Under the pieces are notes generated by a model. It was not told the origin of the DNA, made no database searches, and saw nothing but the letters and a program-made list of their open reading frames with translations. A stretch of 64,000 nt of DNA, from NCBI RefSeq assembly GCF_009914755.1, contig NC_060929.1. The stretch is one strand, 5' to 3'. Positions 30,986 to 43,287 of this stretch are shown one piece after another. Every line of letters starts with the position of its first letter. The stretch's first letter is position 1. The position numbers and the translations under genes are program-made. The DNA comes from the human T2T-CHM13v2.0 reference genome, Homo sapiens.

Positions 30986-31475
30986 AGCCCTGCCCCAATT
31001 TTACAGCACAAAGAATCAAAGAAAAGAAATGTTATCTTAGTATTTGTGAAGTTTTTTTCTGATTAAATGCCAAATAAATTAGCTTCAGATTCAAAACTCC
31101 TTTATATAATAATTCAAAGACCTAAAACGCATCGGGAAAACTTATTCAAAATTTGCAACATACAAACATTATTGTTCTTATTAAATTTAAAAATATTTGT
31201 GTACTTGCACACATACAGACTTACAAGTCAATAATCCCTAGAATTTGAGCTTATCCAGAAACTTGCTTGTTTATTTTCTTCCAAGAACCCATTTAACGAC
31301 AGTTCAAGGACAATGAAACCTTAGTGTTACAGGGTTCATAATTTTTACTGGTGTTCCAGTAATAATCATATACTGGAATTACTTTCACCAAGTATGGCCT
31401 TAGTGGAAATAACCAAAATAAGGTTTGATTTAATTCATGTCAACGATATTGCATTAAGTGTTAAAGAAGGGTGTA

Positions 31476-32048
31476 GGCAATGGTGGTAGAGCTGGGCGTA
31501 GCTGACCTGAAACATGGCCTGGGGTCCAGGCATACTAGACTAGCCTTGCCCTGATATAGTCGCTGTGCCCAAGAGAAAGAAGTGACTCGTTTTCCAGGCC
31601 CACAATTCCTGCTGTGGCTGAGTGACCATGGAGAATTATGCCAATTATGATGCAGCTGTCATGAAGTCTGGATGGGTCTAGAAAGCCATTGCCCATGCTG
31701 TTTAGCAGGAAGAAGTCTCTCTGTGGCTTGGAAGTCTCCCAGGTTCCAGCAGAGGAGCTTTCTGGGCTGAAAAGCCTTTGACACCAGCAATGACATGCCC
31801 AGGAGGAGAGTATCCATGAGAGGACCATTTCCAGAAAAAAAAAAAAAAAGCAAGAAGCACAAAGAACACCCAGATGGGGCTGGAGATTGAGAGTACCTGC
31901 TGGATGTCTGGCTGAGCTGGTCTCCTTCAGTTGCCTGAGGAGATAGTGCATGCCCCTGATTTGGAGGAATGCCTGGTCTGTCACTGGCACTGATACACTT
32001 TGGACCAGGTTGTATGGAAGGCACTATATGCCAGATGCCTGTCTGTCT
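31476..32048 (+). pseudogene. TMEM183A: TMEM183A processed pseudogene, 5' half only (about codons 1-170; ATG 31514)
   Basis: Manual translation across stops and frameshifts gives [124 protein letters not shown], matching recalled TMEM183A ([104 protein letters not shown]); no introns. Confidence 0.88.
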
Positions 32049-33627
32049 GACCATGTTTCCGTCACCCAGAAGCAGCTGGCCTGAAAGAATGGTGGACTGA
32101 TTCATTGAAAAGTAGGTTACAGTGCCGGTTAAAAGACAATATCCTCAAAGGACCGTGTTCTGTCTTATAGGACACAGTATATGTTAGAATTAATGACCAG
32201 TATTTGGTGCTGTCTCATCCACAGCCAGAATACATGGGTCCAGGAATCAAGGATGGATGGCAGAGTGGTTCCTCCCACTAATACACTTGATAAGCTTCTT
32301 ACAGAATTTATGCCCCCCATTCCTGCAATGGCAATCTGCACTGGTTTGAAGCACTTATTCTAAAGGAAAGAATGCTTCCTTTCAGGAACACAGCAATGAT
32401 TCCATTGAATTGGAAAAGTAGGCTGTCAAGTGGTCATTTGGGGGTACTCATGCTCCTGAACCCACAGGCAAAGAGGAGGATTACTCTCCTGGCTGGGATG
32501 ATTGATCCTGAATACCAAGAACAAATTGTGTTGTGTAAACTAAAAATAAAATCCTACCCTGCCCCCGCCAACCCTGGCCTCTCTACTGAGAACAGACTCT
32601 CTTGTAGCTGAGGGGACCCCAGAAAAAGCTTAAAACTGAGTTCCTGACCATCATGGGACAGCAGGTCAGACTACCTCATTAGACCTCCTTTTATGGCTTA
32701 GACAGAACAAGTGACCAGCCTAAATGTTAAAATAAAGATCATAAGTTTAACACAACAGACTCTTGGTGACAATAAGATACCAACATATAAAAAGGACCTA
32801 AGGCCATGTCAGGCAAGAGTTAAGTCACGCATCCCTACACTTGAAGAATAATCTATGTTCTAACTGCCACAAAATTTTTCTTTTTCTCCAGCAACTAAAC
32901 AAGCACTGGCCTCAAGATAAGCACGATTAAAACAGTCACAACTCATCCAGCTCACAGACGCTGACTCACTGGACTGTTCCACCAGCCATAACTACAGTTT
33001 TCACTGGACAAGAGACTGACTTCAATAACTTTCCCCAGATAAGAAAACCACCAACCCTGGACTGGTTCTGGCCAGTTTACAAAGATTATGCACTTGCATC
33101 CCTTCATGTCTTGAAAAGATCTTTTGAAGTACAGGGCCTCATTATAATACACTTAAATGTTGCATCTCCACCCCAAAGTGAACATGGGTTTTATATTACT
33201 TGCATGTTTGTTCAAGACGTATGCATCAGGGCCACCTTCATGAATATTCACAGCTCCTCCTGTAACCTGTTGAATATGTATGTTTAGTCAACCTGTTCAG
33301 TATAAAACTTATACCCCAACCCCTCCTCCTTCCAAGTGCCTGTTTCTGGGCTCCAGCCAGAGGCTGTACTTCCCAGTCTGAAGGATGGCCATCTTATAGG
33401 CTGTAACACTTTAGATGAAATAGTCTCCTCTCACGTTCTAAATTTATACATCTTGTGATTTTTAAGTTAACAGTTGCTACTGCAAAATGAAAGTAGGGAG
33501 GACCATGTCTCAGATGCTGGGGATTTTCTGGGATGTATCTTAGTACTTCCATGAGTAATAAAGTTAATGGAAAATTCCAGCAATTAAAACAAGAGACAAC
33601 CACTGAGGTCTCAGACACTTAGGAATT
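32049..33627 (+). mobile_element. ERV-L internal fragment (integrase C-terminal half and dUTPase), split by a MER4-group LTR
   Basis: HPEAAGL.EWW, ARIHGSRNQG, IPLNWKSRLSSGHLGVL..AKRRITLLAGMIDPEYQ; resumes LLQNESREDHV..IKVNGK after the LTR. Confidence 0.85.
32534..33472 (+). mobile_element. Solo LTR, MER4 group (MER4E-like), 939 bp
   Basis: TGTAAACTAAAAATAAAATCC...AAGTTAACA with exact 4-bp TSD GTTG (32530-32533 / 33473-33476). Confidence 0.85.
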
Positions 33628-33779
33628 CATTCCAACATTTATTCAGGAATTGATATTTGCATTACCCCTAAATACTGGGGCATGATAAACTAGCATCATC
33701 ACTCCCCTTAGAACCAGCATCATCATACCCCCTAGAGACCCCAGCACCAACCAGTTAGCACCTCTCCTTGAAGGTCACG

Positions 33780-34098
33780 GTCCTACCTATTCCCTACCAG
33801 GGGCCACCTTCAAAATCCTGAGGCAATAGTACAATGTAATGACCCTCAACCCGGTCTCAGAGGTTTCAGTTTCAGCTCTGCGGGGCACCACCTCCTTCAA
33901 GCTTCTAAACTTTAACAACTCCAAACTCTTTCATGTATTCACCCAGTTCTAGAGCAGTAACTGCTTCTACGATTTCTGCCTTCTCAGTGTTTCCTTTCTG
34001 CCTTTTCATTTCTTGAGTACTTGATTAAAAAATCTTTACATGAAATCTCCCTGTTCAAATAATCAGTGTGATTTCTGTCTCTTGACTGTACAGCTGAT
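33780..34098 (+). mobile_element. Old ERVL-class LTR (LTR33-like) 3' part
   Basis: Terminal AAATCTCCCTGTTCAAATAATCAGTGTGATTTCTGTCTCTTGACTG. Confidence 0.55.
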
Positions 34099-34104
34099 CT
34101 TCCA

Positions 34105-34260
34105 TAAACCCTATGAGATTATATCCATTTTTCAGATGAGAAAACAGACACATAGAACAGATGAGTAACTGGACCAAGGCCACACAACCAGTACAACACA
34201 GGAATAGGACTTAAACCCGGGTATTTCTCATTCCAAAGCCCTTGTTCTTTTAAACACTGC
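34105..34260 (-). mobile_element. MIR
   Basis: CCATTTTTCAGATGAGAAAACAGA..CCAAGGCCACACA. Confidence 0.7.
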
Positions 34261-34409
34261 ACAGTTCTGCAAGATGAAGGCAGATCTTTTACATTGTTCT
34301 CTGACCTCTTCTAGCAATGATACTGGTATTCAAATTAGACTGGGTGGAAACAAGGTAGGTCATGTAAATGCAAGAGCGAGTGCACCTGCAGCTTTAAGAG
34401 AATATATGA

Positions 34410-34600
34410 CACAGGGTCCAAGTGAATTATCTTCCAAAACACTCAAGTAGCCTGCAGACATGATTGGAGATACTGTAGTAATCTCCAAGAAAACATGAGG
34501 AGCTTCTGGAACACTGAGATAGTTAAATATTTTTGCCTTTAGAAAATAGATATAGAGATATTTAGTCTTGACATTAAACCCCAGGAAAAACCTAGGATGA
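34410..34600 (+). mobile_element. L3/CR1 relic
   Basis: GTCCAAGTGAATTATCTTCCAAAACACTCAAGTAGCCTGCAGACATGATT resembles CR1 RT-region sequence. Confidence 0.45.
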
Positions 34601-36437
34601 CCCTGTGTGTACTTTTAACAAAAACTGCCTGTTCTCTGGTTGGACACATGGGATACATTCTGGAGGGACATCAAGAAGTGCTGCTGCCACCTCCAGCCAA
34701 GGGCTGGGCATGGGACTCAAGCCAATCGGATACTCTCTCCTTAAAATGTGATTCTTGATCAGAGAAACAAAAGACTAAAACTATTGTTGCTGAAACAGTA
34801 GCAGTACCATGAAAATACTGTTCATTAGTTTCAATTGCACATATTCACCTGAAAGTTACAAGGAGAAGACTATAACTTCTTTATGTTCAGGGACTTCATG
34901 TTCAGAGTTCATATTGTTAACCACTAGATCCAAAGTGCCCAGCACAGTGCCTGGCATAGAGTAGGTGCTAAATAAATATCAGCTGTGTGAATAAATAAAA
35001 ATAATAAAGAATTTCCAACAATTTAACAATGCAATTGTTATATCATGAAGTAGTGAGTTCCTTGTCACTGAAGAGATTAAAATAGAGCCCATCTCTCAGC
35101 ATGACAAAAAAAAATTCCTGCATTGAGTAGGTGGTCTCCAAAAAGCATTCTACTTCTGGCTTTGTAATTCCACAACTATTTCTTATTTACTCTTAAAAAA
35201 CATATTTTAAAGTAAAAATAGAACACCATATTCACACAATATACAGAACACAAACTAGGTGGTCGGGACAAGAGATATATGACATTTTTTCAAAAGTAGG
35301 GTAGCATTTCTTCACATGCTCACAAAAAAGGCCAGCAAAAGCTGTTGCAGGAGATGTAAACCATCACTGGACTTGTTTGCAGTGACCTACACTTGATCTA
35401 TTTCTAGTCTCAAGGAAAGCGAAATAAGAAAATGGATAGTTTGGTTGCCATGGTTATTCCCAGCCACCAGCTCACCTCACCACCCATTTTCCATCATTTC
35501 TAATAACCTAGTTTCCCAGAGTGATACTGTAGGAGCCAATAACCCAGGCTCTTTATTAAATGGTTTCCCCTGGTGCCACCCTCATCCAGCCACTTTTTAC
35601 AGCTTTCCTTTGTCTCACCAGTCTTCAGCATGGCTCAGGAATGAAAAATACTCACCTAAAACTACCAAGATTTTTCAGTGCAGGGAAATCTTGTGCTTGG
35701 TTGCATCCACTTAAGATTCTGAATGGTTTATGTCTTCCTGAACTTTAAGGATAAATTCCTCTGTGGCCAAGGGGAAAACAGTTGAGATGGTGGGTTGCTA
35801 TTTTCTTTAACATTGATTTTACTTACTTTATAATCAGCCTACTTTGCCTGGGAAAGGAAGGTGACATTTAAGAAAACAGTCTGGAGAATGTGCTATCTGG
35901 TGAAACTCAGCTAGACAGCTCTCTTGGTTGTTTCAGATTTCTTTAGTAGCTAACAAAGACAGTAGCTCAACCTTTGGCAGAAGCCCATGAGAATGGAAAG
36001 TATCCATTTGGAGTCTCTTAGGAGATACTTTGTGGGAAATTGTGCTTCCTTGGTAAATTCTGGTCTATATTACAGCAGGCTGTGGAAGTGTGGCTTTCTA
36101 TACACACAGTTTTTTAAAAGGTATTGCTGGTGACACAGATCTACACATCTAAACACTAGGGGGCAACCTTGCCTTTTGTGTCACCAATCAAAGCCATTTT
36201 ACAGAACCATAATATTTAAGGAAATACATGGAACCATCAAATCTCAGCCTTCTTCTTCACCAGTTTTATTTTAATATTGGCATCCAGATGTTACAAACGG
36301 CCAAAGGCCATTCTTAAAAGCAGATCCAAATTAGGGGAGGATTAAATGTATATAGACTTGAGTTTTTCATAGCATTCACTGGAAGGAACATCAGCAGCCT
36401 CACAACTGTTAGAATTCCCTCCCGCTCTGGGTGTGGA

Positions 36438-36945
36438 CATTCATTGATTAAACGTTTATTTCAGGCAGCGGGGATTCTCTGGTGAACAAGAGACAAGGTC
36501 CTTGCTTTTGTGGAGCTTGCACTGAAGTAGAGGAGACAGATACTAACCAAGTAAACGAAAATAATTTTAGGTAATAATTTCAATGAAAAATAACACCGTA
36601 ATGGAATAGAAATAGGGCATGAGGGGAAGAGAACAGTGCCAGGAAAGGCCTTAGAGAAGCTGGCATGTGACCTGAAGCCCAGATGAGAAGGAGCCAGCCA
36701 GACCAAGGGCTGGGGGAAGAGTGGTCCAGGCAGAGCGAAGAGCAAGTGCAGCAGCCCTGGGTAAGGACAAGCTTTGGGTGTTTCAGAATAGAAAGAAGCC
36801 AGTGTAGCCAGAGCATGGAGAGGGGAGGGAAAGGTGGGATAAAATGAGGCTGGAAGACCATCCGGGTTCAGACCACATAAGGACTGGTTGGCCAAGGAAG
36901 GAGATGAATTGTATTCTAAGTTCGATAGAAAGCAGTGGAGGAAGA
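36438..36945 (-). mobile_element. L2 3' region
   Basis: CATTCATT tail, GTGAACAAGAGACAAGGTCCTTGC..GGAGCTT, CCAGGCAGAGCGAAGAGCAAGTGC. Confidence 0.75.
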
Positions 36946-37734
36946 GTCCAAAGGGCGAAGGGACTCGAGTTCACCTTCGCTGTTATCGCCGAGGATGTAT
37001 TCTGCTCCTGACAACACTCACATTGCTCCAACCTAGGACCTCTCAGCCCAGAACAGAGCTCAGAAGCCCAGCACACCCCAACGAAGGCATCCTTTAGAGT
37101 GTGGATCCGTGCAAGGAAAAGGCAGAGGCAGAGGCAGAGGCAACATTTTGGAAACACTGAACCCTGTGGCCAGTACCCATTTTCCTCTGAGAAAGTATTT
37201 CAATCCACAAACCTCCTTTAGGCCAGAAAGGAAAAACAAAAGAGGTAGAATTTCCCACTGTGATATGCACAGATCAAATTTAGGCTCTAGGACACCTGAG
37301 TTCTGTGTGGCTCTCTTTTTTGCCTGGCACCAAACAATGAAGCTTTATGATAAACAATGATGGTGACAATTTGACAGGAGACTTGGTCTATCTCTTGCAC
37401 TAACTAAGGCATTTTAGTCAGAGGGCAAACATTCTGTAGTAAATGAAGGCTGGCTCAGTTAGCCTGAAGCAAGACTTTCCTGTCCACGCAGTCATACCCA
37501 GAGTTGTTTATGAGCCGCTCTGCTTACTTAGCTTTGTGGTGGGGCACTGACTGGCATCTCAGCAGGCTGGAGTAGAAGGGAAGAGGAGGCCTTGCCACCT
37601 GACTACACAAAACAAAGGTGTAGGACTGCATTTTCCCACATAACTGCATGTGGGCACGCAAGTGCTCACAGACCGATAAGCTGCTTTTCTATGACTTTTT
37701 CCCCTTTTTGAGGTTGTTCTGGATGAATGTCATT

Positions 37735-38052
37735 ACCTGAGAAACTGGCCCATACAAGTAACATAAGTGAAGAATGTATATGTTGCAGGGCCTGCATCCA
37801 AGAGGAGAGGATGTGCCCCATCGAAAGGGAACAGCTGCCACCCAGCTCCAGTCAACTGTTTCCATGCAGGAATGTGGGGCCAATGCTGTAAGATCTCCTG
37901 ATTTGTCTACAGAAACTGGAAATCCAGATTTTTTTGTGCGATCTCCTCTTTAAATGTTTGCAAATGATTTAATAAAAAATATCGCTGAGCTGCCAAGTAA
38001 ATTGTGTCTGTGGGCTTGACATGGTCTGTGGGTCTCTCATGTATGAACTCTG
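37735..38052 (+). mobile_element. MER102-like hAT relic
   Basis: GCAGGAATGTGGGGCCAATGCTGTAAGATCTCCTGATTT..GAAATCCAGATTTTTT. Confidence 0.65.
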
Positions 38053-39249
38053 CTTTAGTCAATTTTCTAACATTTATGAAAATTTCAAGTGTATAGAGAA
38101 GGTGAAATAACTACAGTGCACAGCTCTAGATGCCTATCACCTAGATTCCACTTGCTTTCTCACCTATCTTTTCATTTATTTATTTTAACTGTATGGGAAT
38201 TTGAAGGGGCAGGAAAGAAGGAAGGAGAGGGGAAAGTCCTGTAGAGGTGACTCTCGTATCAACTCATCTCTGAAAGTTCAATTGCATCCATTCACCTGGT
38301 TTTCTATTTGGCCTTGATGTAAAACTGGACCCCCAAAATGAGGGACTTCAAAGCCCTTTTCAGCTGGGTGCCTTGAGCAGATCCAATCTGCCTCACAAAG
38401 TGAGATTCCAGGGCTAAGCCCCTTGATGCTGGAGGGTTTTGTGAATTAGGGAGAACACATCTTCTCCCATCTCCCTGGACATGGTCAGACCTCACACACT
38501 CCAGAAGTGAGGCCTACAAGATCTGGGCAGTGCTATGGGTTATGGATTGCCTTCCACTGACCACAGTTTAGTCAGAAAGGGCCAGATGCAAACCGTGGGA
38601 TCTCGACCAGGAGGAAAAGCATGCATTTAGAGGTGTCACTCACTCTGAGTATGTGTGAGCAGGCCTCTTTGCACAAGGGATGCTCATTTTGTGTGAAAAG
38701 TTAGAGACGAAAGCTTTGACTGTGCAAACTGATTATTTTAATTAAGTCCCATGAGACTTGATGCAGAATGCTTTGCAGAGGTTGAAAATAGCCTGTATCT
38801 GGGTTCCCACATGTGCACCAAGACCCAGGGAAGATATTTAAATCCTGGCAGCAGCTCTCATGTTGGCTTGTCTAGAGAGACTGATCGGCAGCCTGACTTG
38901 TCCTTTGTGGCAACTGAGAAGCACCTGAGGCATAGAGCAGGAGAGAAAGCTTTTATACCTACTACTGTTCCCCCACTGCCTCCACTGCACCAAAGAAAAT
39001 TATATTCCCCGTGCGGTAGCAGCGTATCATTAAGGGATGGTAATCACCATGGTAACCAAGGATAATCTGCTATGAGCAAATGGAAAAAGAAAGAAAAGCA
39101 TTGGGTCAGGGCTTGCTACAACCACATAAGCTCAAAATGCTCCCGATTTAAAGTAATATGGAAAAGAAATATATTTTCTAGACTGGCAGCTGGACCAAAT
39201 TTTAGAATCATTACGTCCTAAAAGTGAAAGGAATCTTACAGAATGACTA

Positions 39250-39572
39250 AGGGCCGCAATTAAATGCCTGCAAGGTCAGCAGATCGGGTAAATATTCAGG
39301 CCAGAGACACCACTGTGGTGGTGGAGGGAATGGGTGCAGGGGTGGGTGTGGAAGTGGGGCCGGGCTCTGAAAGACAGGGCAGCAGCATCTGCAGCTGCAG
39401 CTGATTGGAGCCACAGGAGAGGCTGGCCCTCTGATGTCAGATCGTGTGCCTTCTCAAAGAGAGCTGAGAATGCAGATTTTTTATAGGAAGTATCTCAATT
39501 TTGACTACTAATTAAAGCTAATTTAAAGCATGTTAACTAAAACACATCTGTGAACTCCCAATTTACAACATT
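39250..39572 (+). mobile_element. MER102-like hAT relic
   Basis: AAATGCCTGCAAGG..GTCAGATC..CAAAGAGAGCTGAGAATGCAGATTTT..AAAACACATCTG. Confidence 0.55.
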
Positions 39573-40679
39573 TGATTAAATACACATGCCCATTCTTTTT
39601 TTTTTAAACTTTGATACTGAGGTCCAGAAAAGTTGTGATGCGTGTCACACAGTCAATTCATGAGCAAGTCAGGCCTCTGGGTTCTGGACTCCCAGTGCTG
39701 TGCTCCTTCCCTCCTAGAATGTGATGGTGACACTCCACCTTAGCTCCAAGGGCCTCATTTCCACTTTAATTGGGACCTAAACTCCATTAGATAATTAGGC
39801 TTTCCTATGGGCTAAAAATTTAGAAACCATAAAGAGGAAAGAGATGTGTTTATTTCATTAGAGATCATACAAAGAAGTGAGCTGTGTGGGGTCAGCACCA
39901 AGAGCTCAATAGTGCCAGAGCCAGCACTGTGGCTGGACTCAGCCTGGTCTCTCGGTGAGATCTCAGCTTCACATTCTCCTCATCTGCAAAGGAAGGAGGG
40001 TGGTACCCATGCAGACCTGAGTAGTACATTGTGCTGTCTTCTGTAGACAACAGTAACTGCCCTGCATGAGGACAGGCACTCTGTGCCACTTGGCCATCAT
40101 GGCAGGAGGCTGCTGGCAGAGCTTCACCTGGTTTCCACTGCCAGTCCCTTATGCCCAGTGGCATTGATTTTGCAAGACAGGATGGTGGGCTGGCATCAGC
40201 CCTCTGTGGGCCAGAGAAAGGGGTTCTAAACATTGTAGATGGAAAAGAACTAAATATTCACAGAAGTCAAGTAGCCATCAGGAGGGTTGGTGTGGGCCAT
40301 AATGCTATGAACAGCTGCCAGTGTTTTCTCCTGAAGTCCCCTGCCCTACCATGACCCCAAGACCACAAAAGCTCTGGAACCTGAGTGTGCCTCATTCACA
40401 TATTAGATGACTCAAGGGCTAGACCATGCAAACGGATGCATCAGTGCCTCTTCCAAATGGTTGGAAGAGTCTATATTTCCATTCTTGCTCTTTTTTTGTG
40501 AAGCCACATCTGGATCCAGCATGCTCCTCTGCTGAAATGGCCTTTCTTTCCTGCAGTCCTGCAACATTCTCCCAGGTTCACAGGAACCAGAGCAAGGTAA
40601 CAAGAAGCACAGTACGCTACCTTGTTCGCTGTCAACATTTATTTTTCTTTTTTAAATCACCAAATTAATTTAAATGGTT

Positions 40680-41490
40680 TTACTTTTAATAGGGAAAAAC
40701 ACAGAAAAAAAAATCCACACAATTTTAAAGGGCATGTGGTAGATAAAAAAAGCCAGCTCCCCTTCTACTCTTCTACTCCTGACCTCCCACACTCCCGTTT
40801 CCTTCCTCCCAGACATACATAGCAATCAGTTTCTTGGTATGTCCTTCTAGAGATATTCAACACATATTTTCATATCCTTGCTTTTGTTGTTTTCACCACA
40901 AATTGCAATATGCTATATGCTGTTCCAAACCTTACTTTTTCACTTACTACACCTTGAAGATAGTGCCATATTATTACATGCAGCTCTGTCTTTTTTTTTA
41001 AACATAAAACATGCTGTTATTCCATTGTATGGATAATAGTAATTTATATGAACAGTCCCATATTGATAGACAAATAGGTTTCTAATCTCTTGCAATTTTG
41101 ATAATGAAATAAATTCTATGTGCAGGTAAAATATATCTACTGATAAGTTTCTAAAAGTAGGATTACTAGATCAAAGGATTTGGGCATTTTTAATTTTGAA
41201 AAATAATCTCAAAATGCTCTCCACTGAGATTATACCAATTCATAGTCCCATCAACTCTACATGAATACTCATTTCTCTCCAACATTGCCAACACCAAATA
41301 ATTTCAAAATCTTTGATCTTTGATAATCTGATAGGTGAAAACTGATGCTTATATTCTTACGTTACATTTCACTTACAATGACAAAATTGAGTTTCATATG
41401 TTTAAAAGTCATTTATTCTATATTTCCTTTTATGTGCATTGTCTGCTTATATTTTTTGTTGTCAATTTTTCTAATAGGGTTTGTAGGAAT
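40680..41490 (-). mobile_element. Old L1ME 3' region
   Basis: TATTCCATTGTATGGATA, TTCTAAAAGTAGGATTACTAGATCAAAGG, ATACCAATTCATAGTCCCATCAAC. Confidence 0.65.
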
Positions 41491-41820
41491 TTTTTTTTTT
41501 TTTTGAGACAGGGTCTCACACTGTCGCTGAGGCTGGAGTGTGGTGGCACAATCATGGCTTACTGTACCCTCAACCTTGCAGGCTCAGGTGTTACTCCCAC
41601 TTCAGCCTCCCAGGTAGCTGGAACTACAAGCAGGTACCACTACACCCAGCTAATTTCTTGTTTGTTTGTTTGTTTTTTGTTTTGTTTTTTGGGTTTTTTT
41701 GTAGAGACAGAGTTTTGCCATGTTGCTCAGGCTGGTCTCAAGCTCCTGGGCTCAAGTAATTTGCTCACCTCAGCCTTCCAAAGTGCTGGGATTGCTGGCA
41801 TAAGCCACTGCATGGAGCCT
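41491..41820 (-). mobile_element. AluJ
   Basis: Poly-T, GAGACAGGGTCTCAC, CTCCTGGGCTCAAG; expanded middle T-rich linker. Confidence 0.85.
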
Positions 41821-41839
41821 AGAAATTCCTTTTTAAAAT

Positions 41840-42080
41840 TTTTTTTTAGAGACAGTCTTGCTCTGTTACCCAGGCTGGAGTGCAGTGACACAATCATAGT
41901 TCTTACTGCAGCCTTGAACTCCTGGGCTCAAGTGATCTTCCTAACTCAGCCTTCCAAATAGTTAGGACTACAGGCATGTGCTATGACATCCAGCTAATTA
42001 AGAAAAAAATGTAGGAGATGGGGTGTTGCTTTGTTGCCCAGGCTAGTCTCGAACTCCTGGCCTCAACCAATCCTCCCACT
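41840..42080 (-). mobile_element. AluJ, 5'-truncated
   Basis: Second Alu in tandem; TSD AGAAATTC (41821 / 42084). Confidence 0.8.
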
Positions 42081-42939
42081 GTGAGAAATTCTGTACATAT
42101 TCTTTGTCAAGTGTTTTTTTTGTTTGTTTGCTTTTTGTTTTTTTAACATTTCATTTCCTTGGGTTGGAAAGAACAAACCTGAGGGCCAGGCTTGCCATTA
42201 GAATAAAGGCTTAGAGTGGACTGTGTGTAACTCTCTTTGAGCTCCTGCTGGTTTCCTGTGAGAAGATAGGAGAGGGCCAATGGAAAATTAACTTCTTGAT
42301 AGCCACTTGGGGGTTCCCAGATACAGGAAGAGGACATAATAAATTATTATTTTAATGCACCTCAAAGTCTATACGCAGCTTTCTTCATTGAAGACCTTTA
42401 AGGTTATGATGCTACTTATTAAGACTCACACCTTTACATGTGAAGGAAGTAAGTAATTAAGGTATTAAGGTAATTAGAAGACCCTTGTGACTGATTCCTC
42501 AGGATCTGGGCCACACTAATGAATAGGCAGTCATAGAGCTCCAAAGCACTAAGAGACTAGGCCAGCTCAAGCAACGGTGGCAATTACAGTAGCAAATGCT
42601 TTGGAGAAGGCTGTTGTTGGTACTTTTGTATATGACATCTTTGCTATACAGAAAAAAAATTTTGTATGCAACACATTAATGTTTGGGGGCTTTGTTAGGT
42701 TTTTGCTTTCACAGCCAAGCTTAGAGTCATTTTCCCTGTAATGAAATCATTAAGGTATTTCTCTTATGTTTTCTTCAATTAAATTTATAGTTCTATTTAT
42801 TATATCCAAATTTTTGGCCCACGTAGAATTTACTCTGGTGTAAGGTAAGAGATACAGGAATCCAAAAGCCTTTCTTCTAGTTGGCTTACCAATTATCCCA
42901 GTGCTTTCTCCACTTCCTTCATCATATGTGAAATTATTC

Positions 42940-43143
42940 TTTTTTTTTTTTTTTTTTTTTTTTTGAGTGGGGTCTTGCTCTATCACCCAGGCTGGAGTGC
43001 GGTGGTGCCATCGTGGCTCAACACAGCCTTGACCTCCTGGACTCAAGCAATTCTCCTACCTCAGGCTTCAGAGTAGCTGGGTCCACAGGAATGTCCCACC
43101 ACATCCAGCTAATTTTTTTATTACTTTTATTTGTAGAGACAGT
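42940..43143 (-). mobile_element. AluJ right arm (left arm lost)
   Basis: Poly-T, GGGTCTTGCTCTATCACCCAGGCTGG.., linker, stops at TGTAGAGACAG. Confidence 0.85.
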
Positions 43144-43287
43144 GGTATGGTTTGGCTGTGTCCCCACCCAAATCTTGTCTTGAATTGTAGCTCCCATACT
43201 TCCCACATGTTGTGGGAGGGACCCAGTGGGAAACAACTGAATCATGGGGGCGTTTCCCATATACTGTTCTCATGGTAGTGAATAAGA
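43144..43287 (+). mobile_element. THE1 LTR 5' fragment
   Basis: TATGGTTTGGCTGTGTCCCCACCCAAATC..TGTTGTGGGAGGGACCCAGTGGGA..CTGTTCTCATGGTAGTGAATAAG. Confidence 0.85.

Noticed and set aside
31535-32105. Minus-strand ORFs of 151 and 148 aa
   Set aside because: Antisense shadows of the plus-strand TMEM183A pseudogene
40448-40596. 9-bp hairpin CTCTTCCAA-atgg-TTGGAAGAG and possible 40-nt micro-exon
   Set aside because: Expected by chance in 64 kb; no supporting exon chain
41335-41961. 208-aa ORF
   Set aside because: Runs through L1ME and two antisense Alus; typical Alu-derived translation ([12 protein letters not shown])
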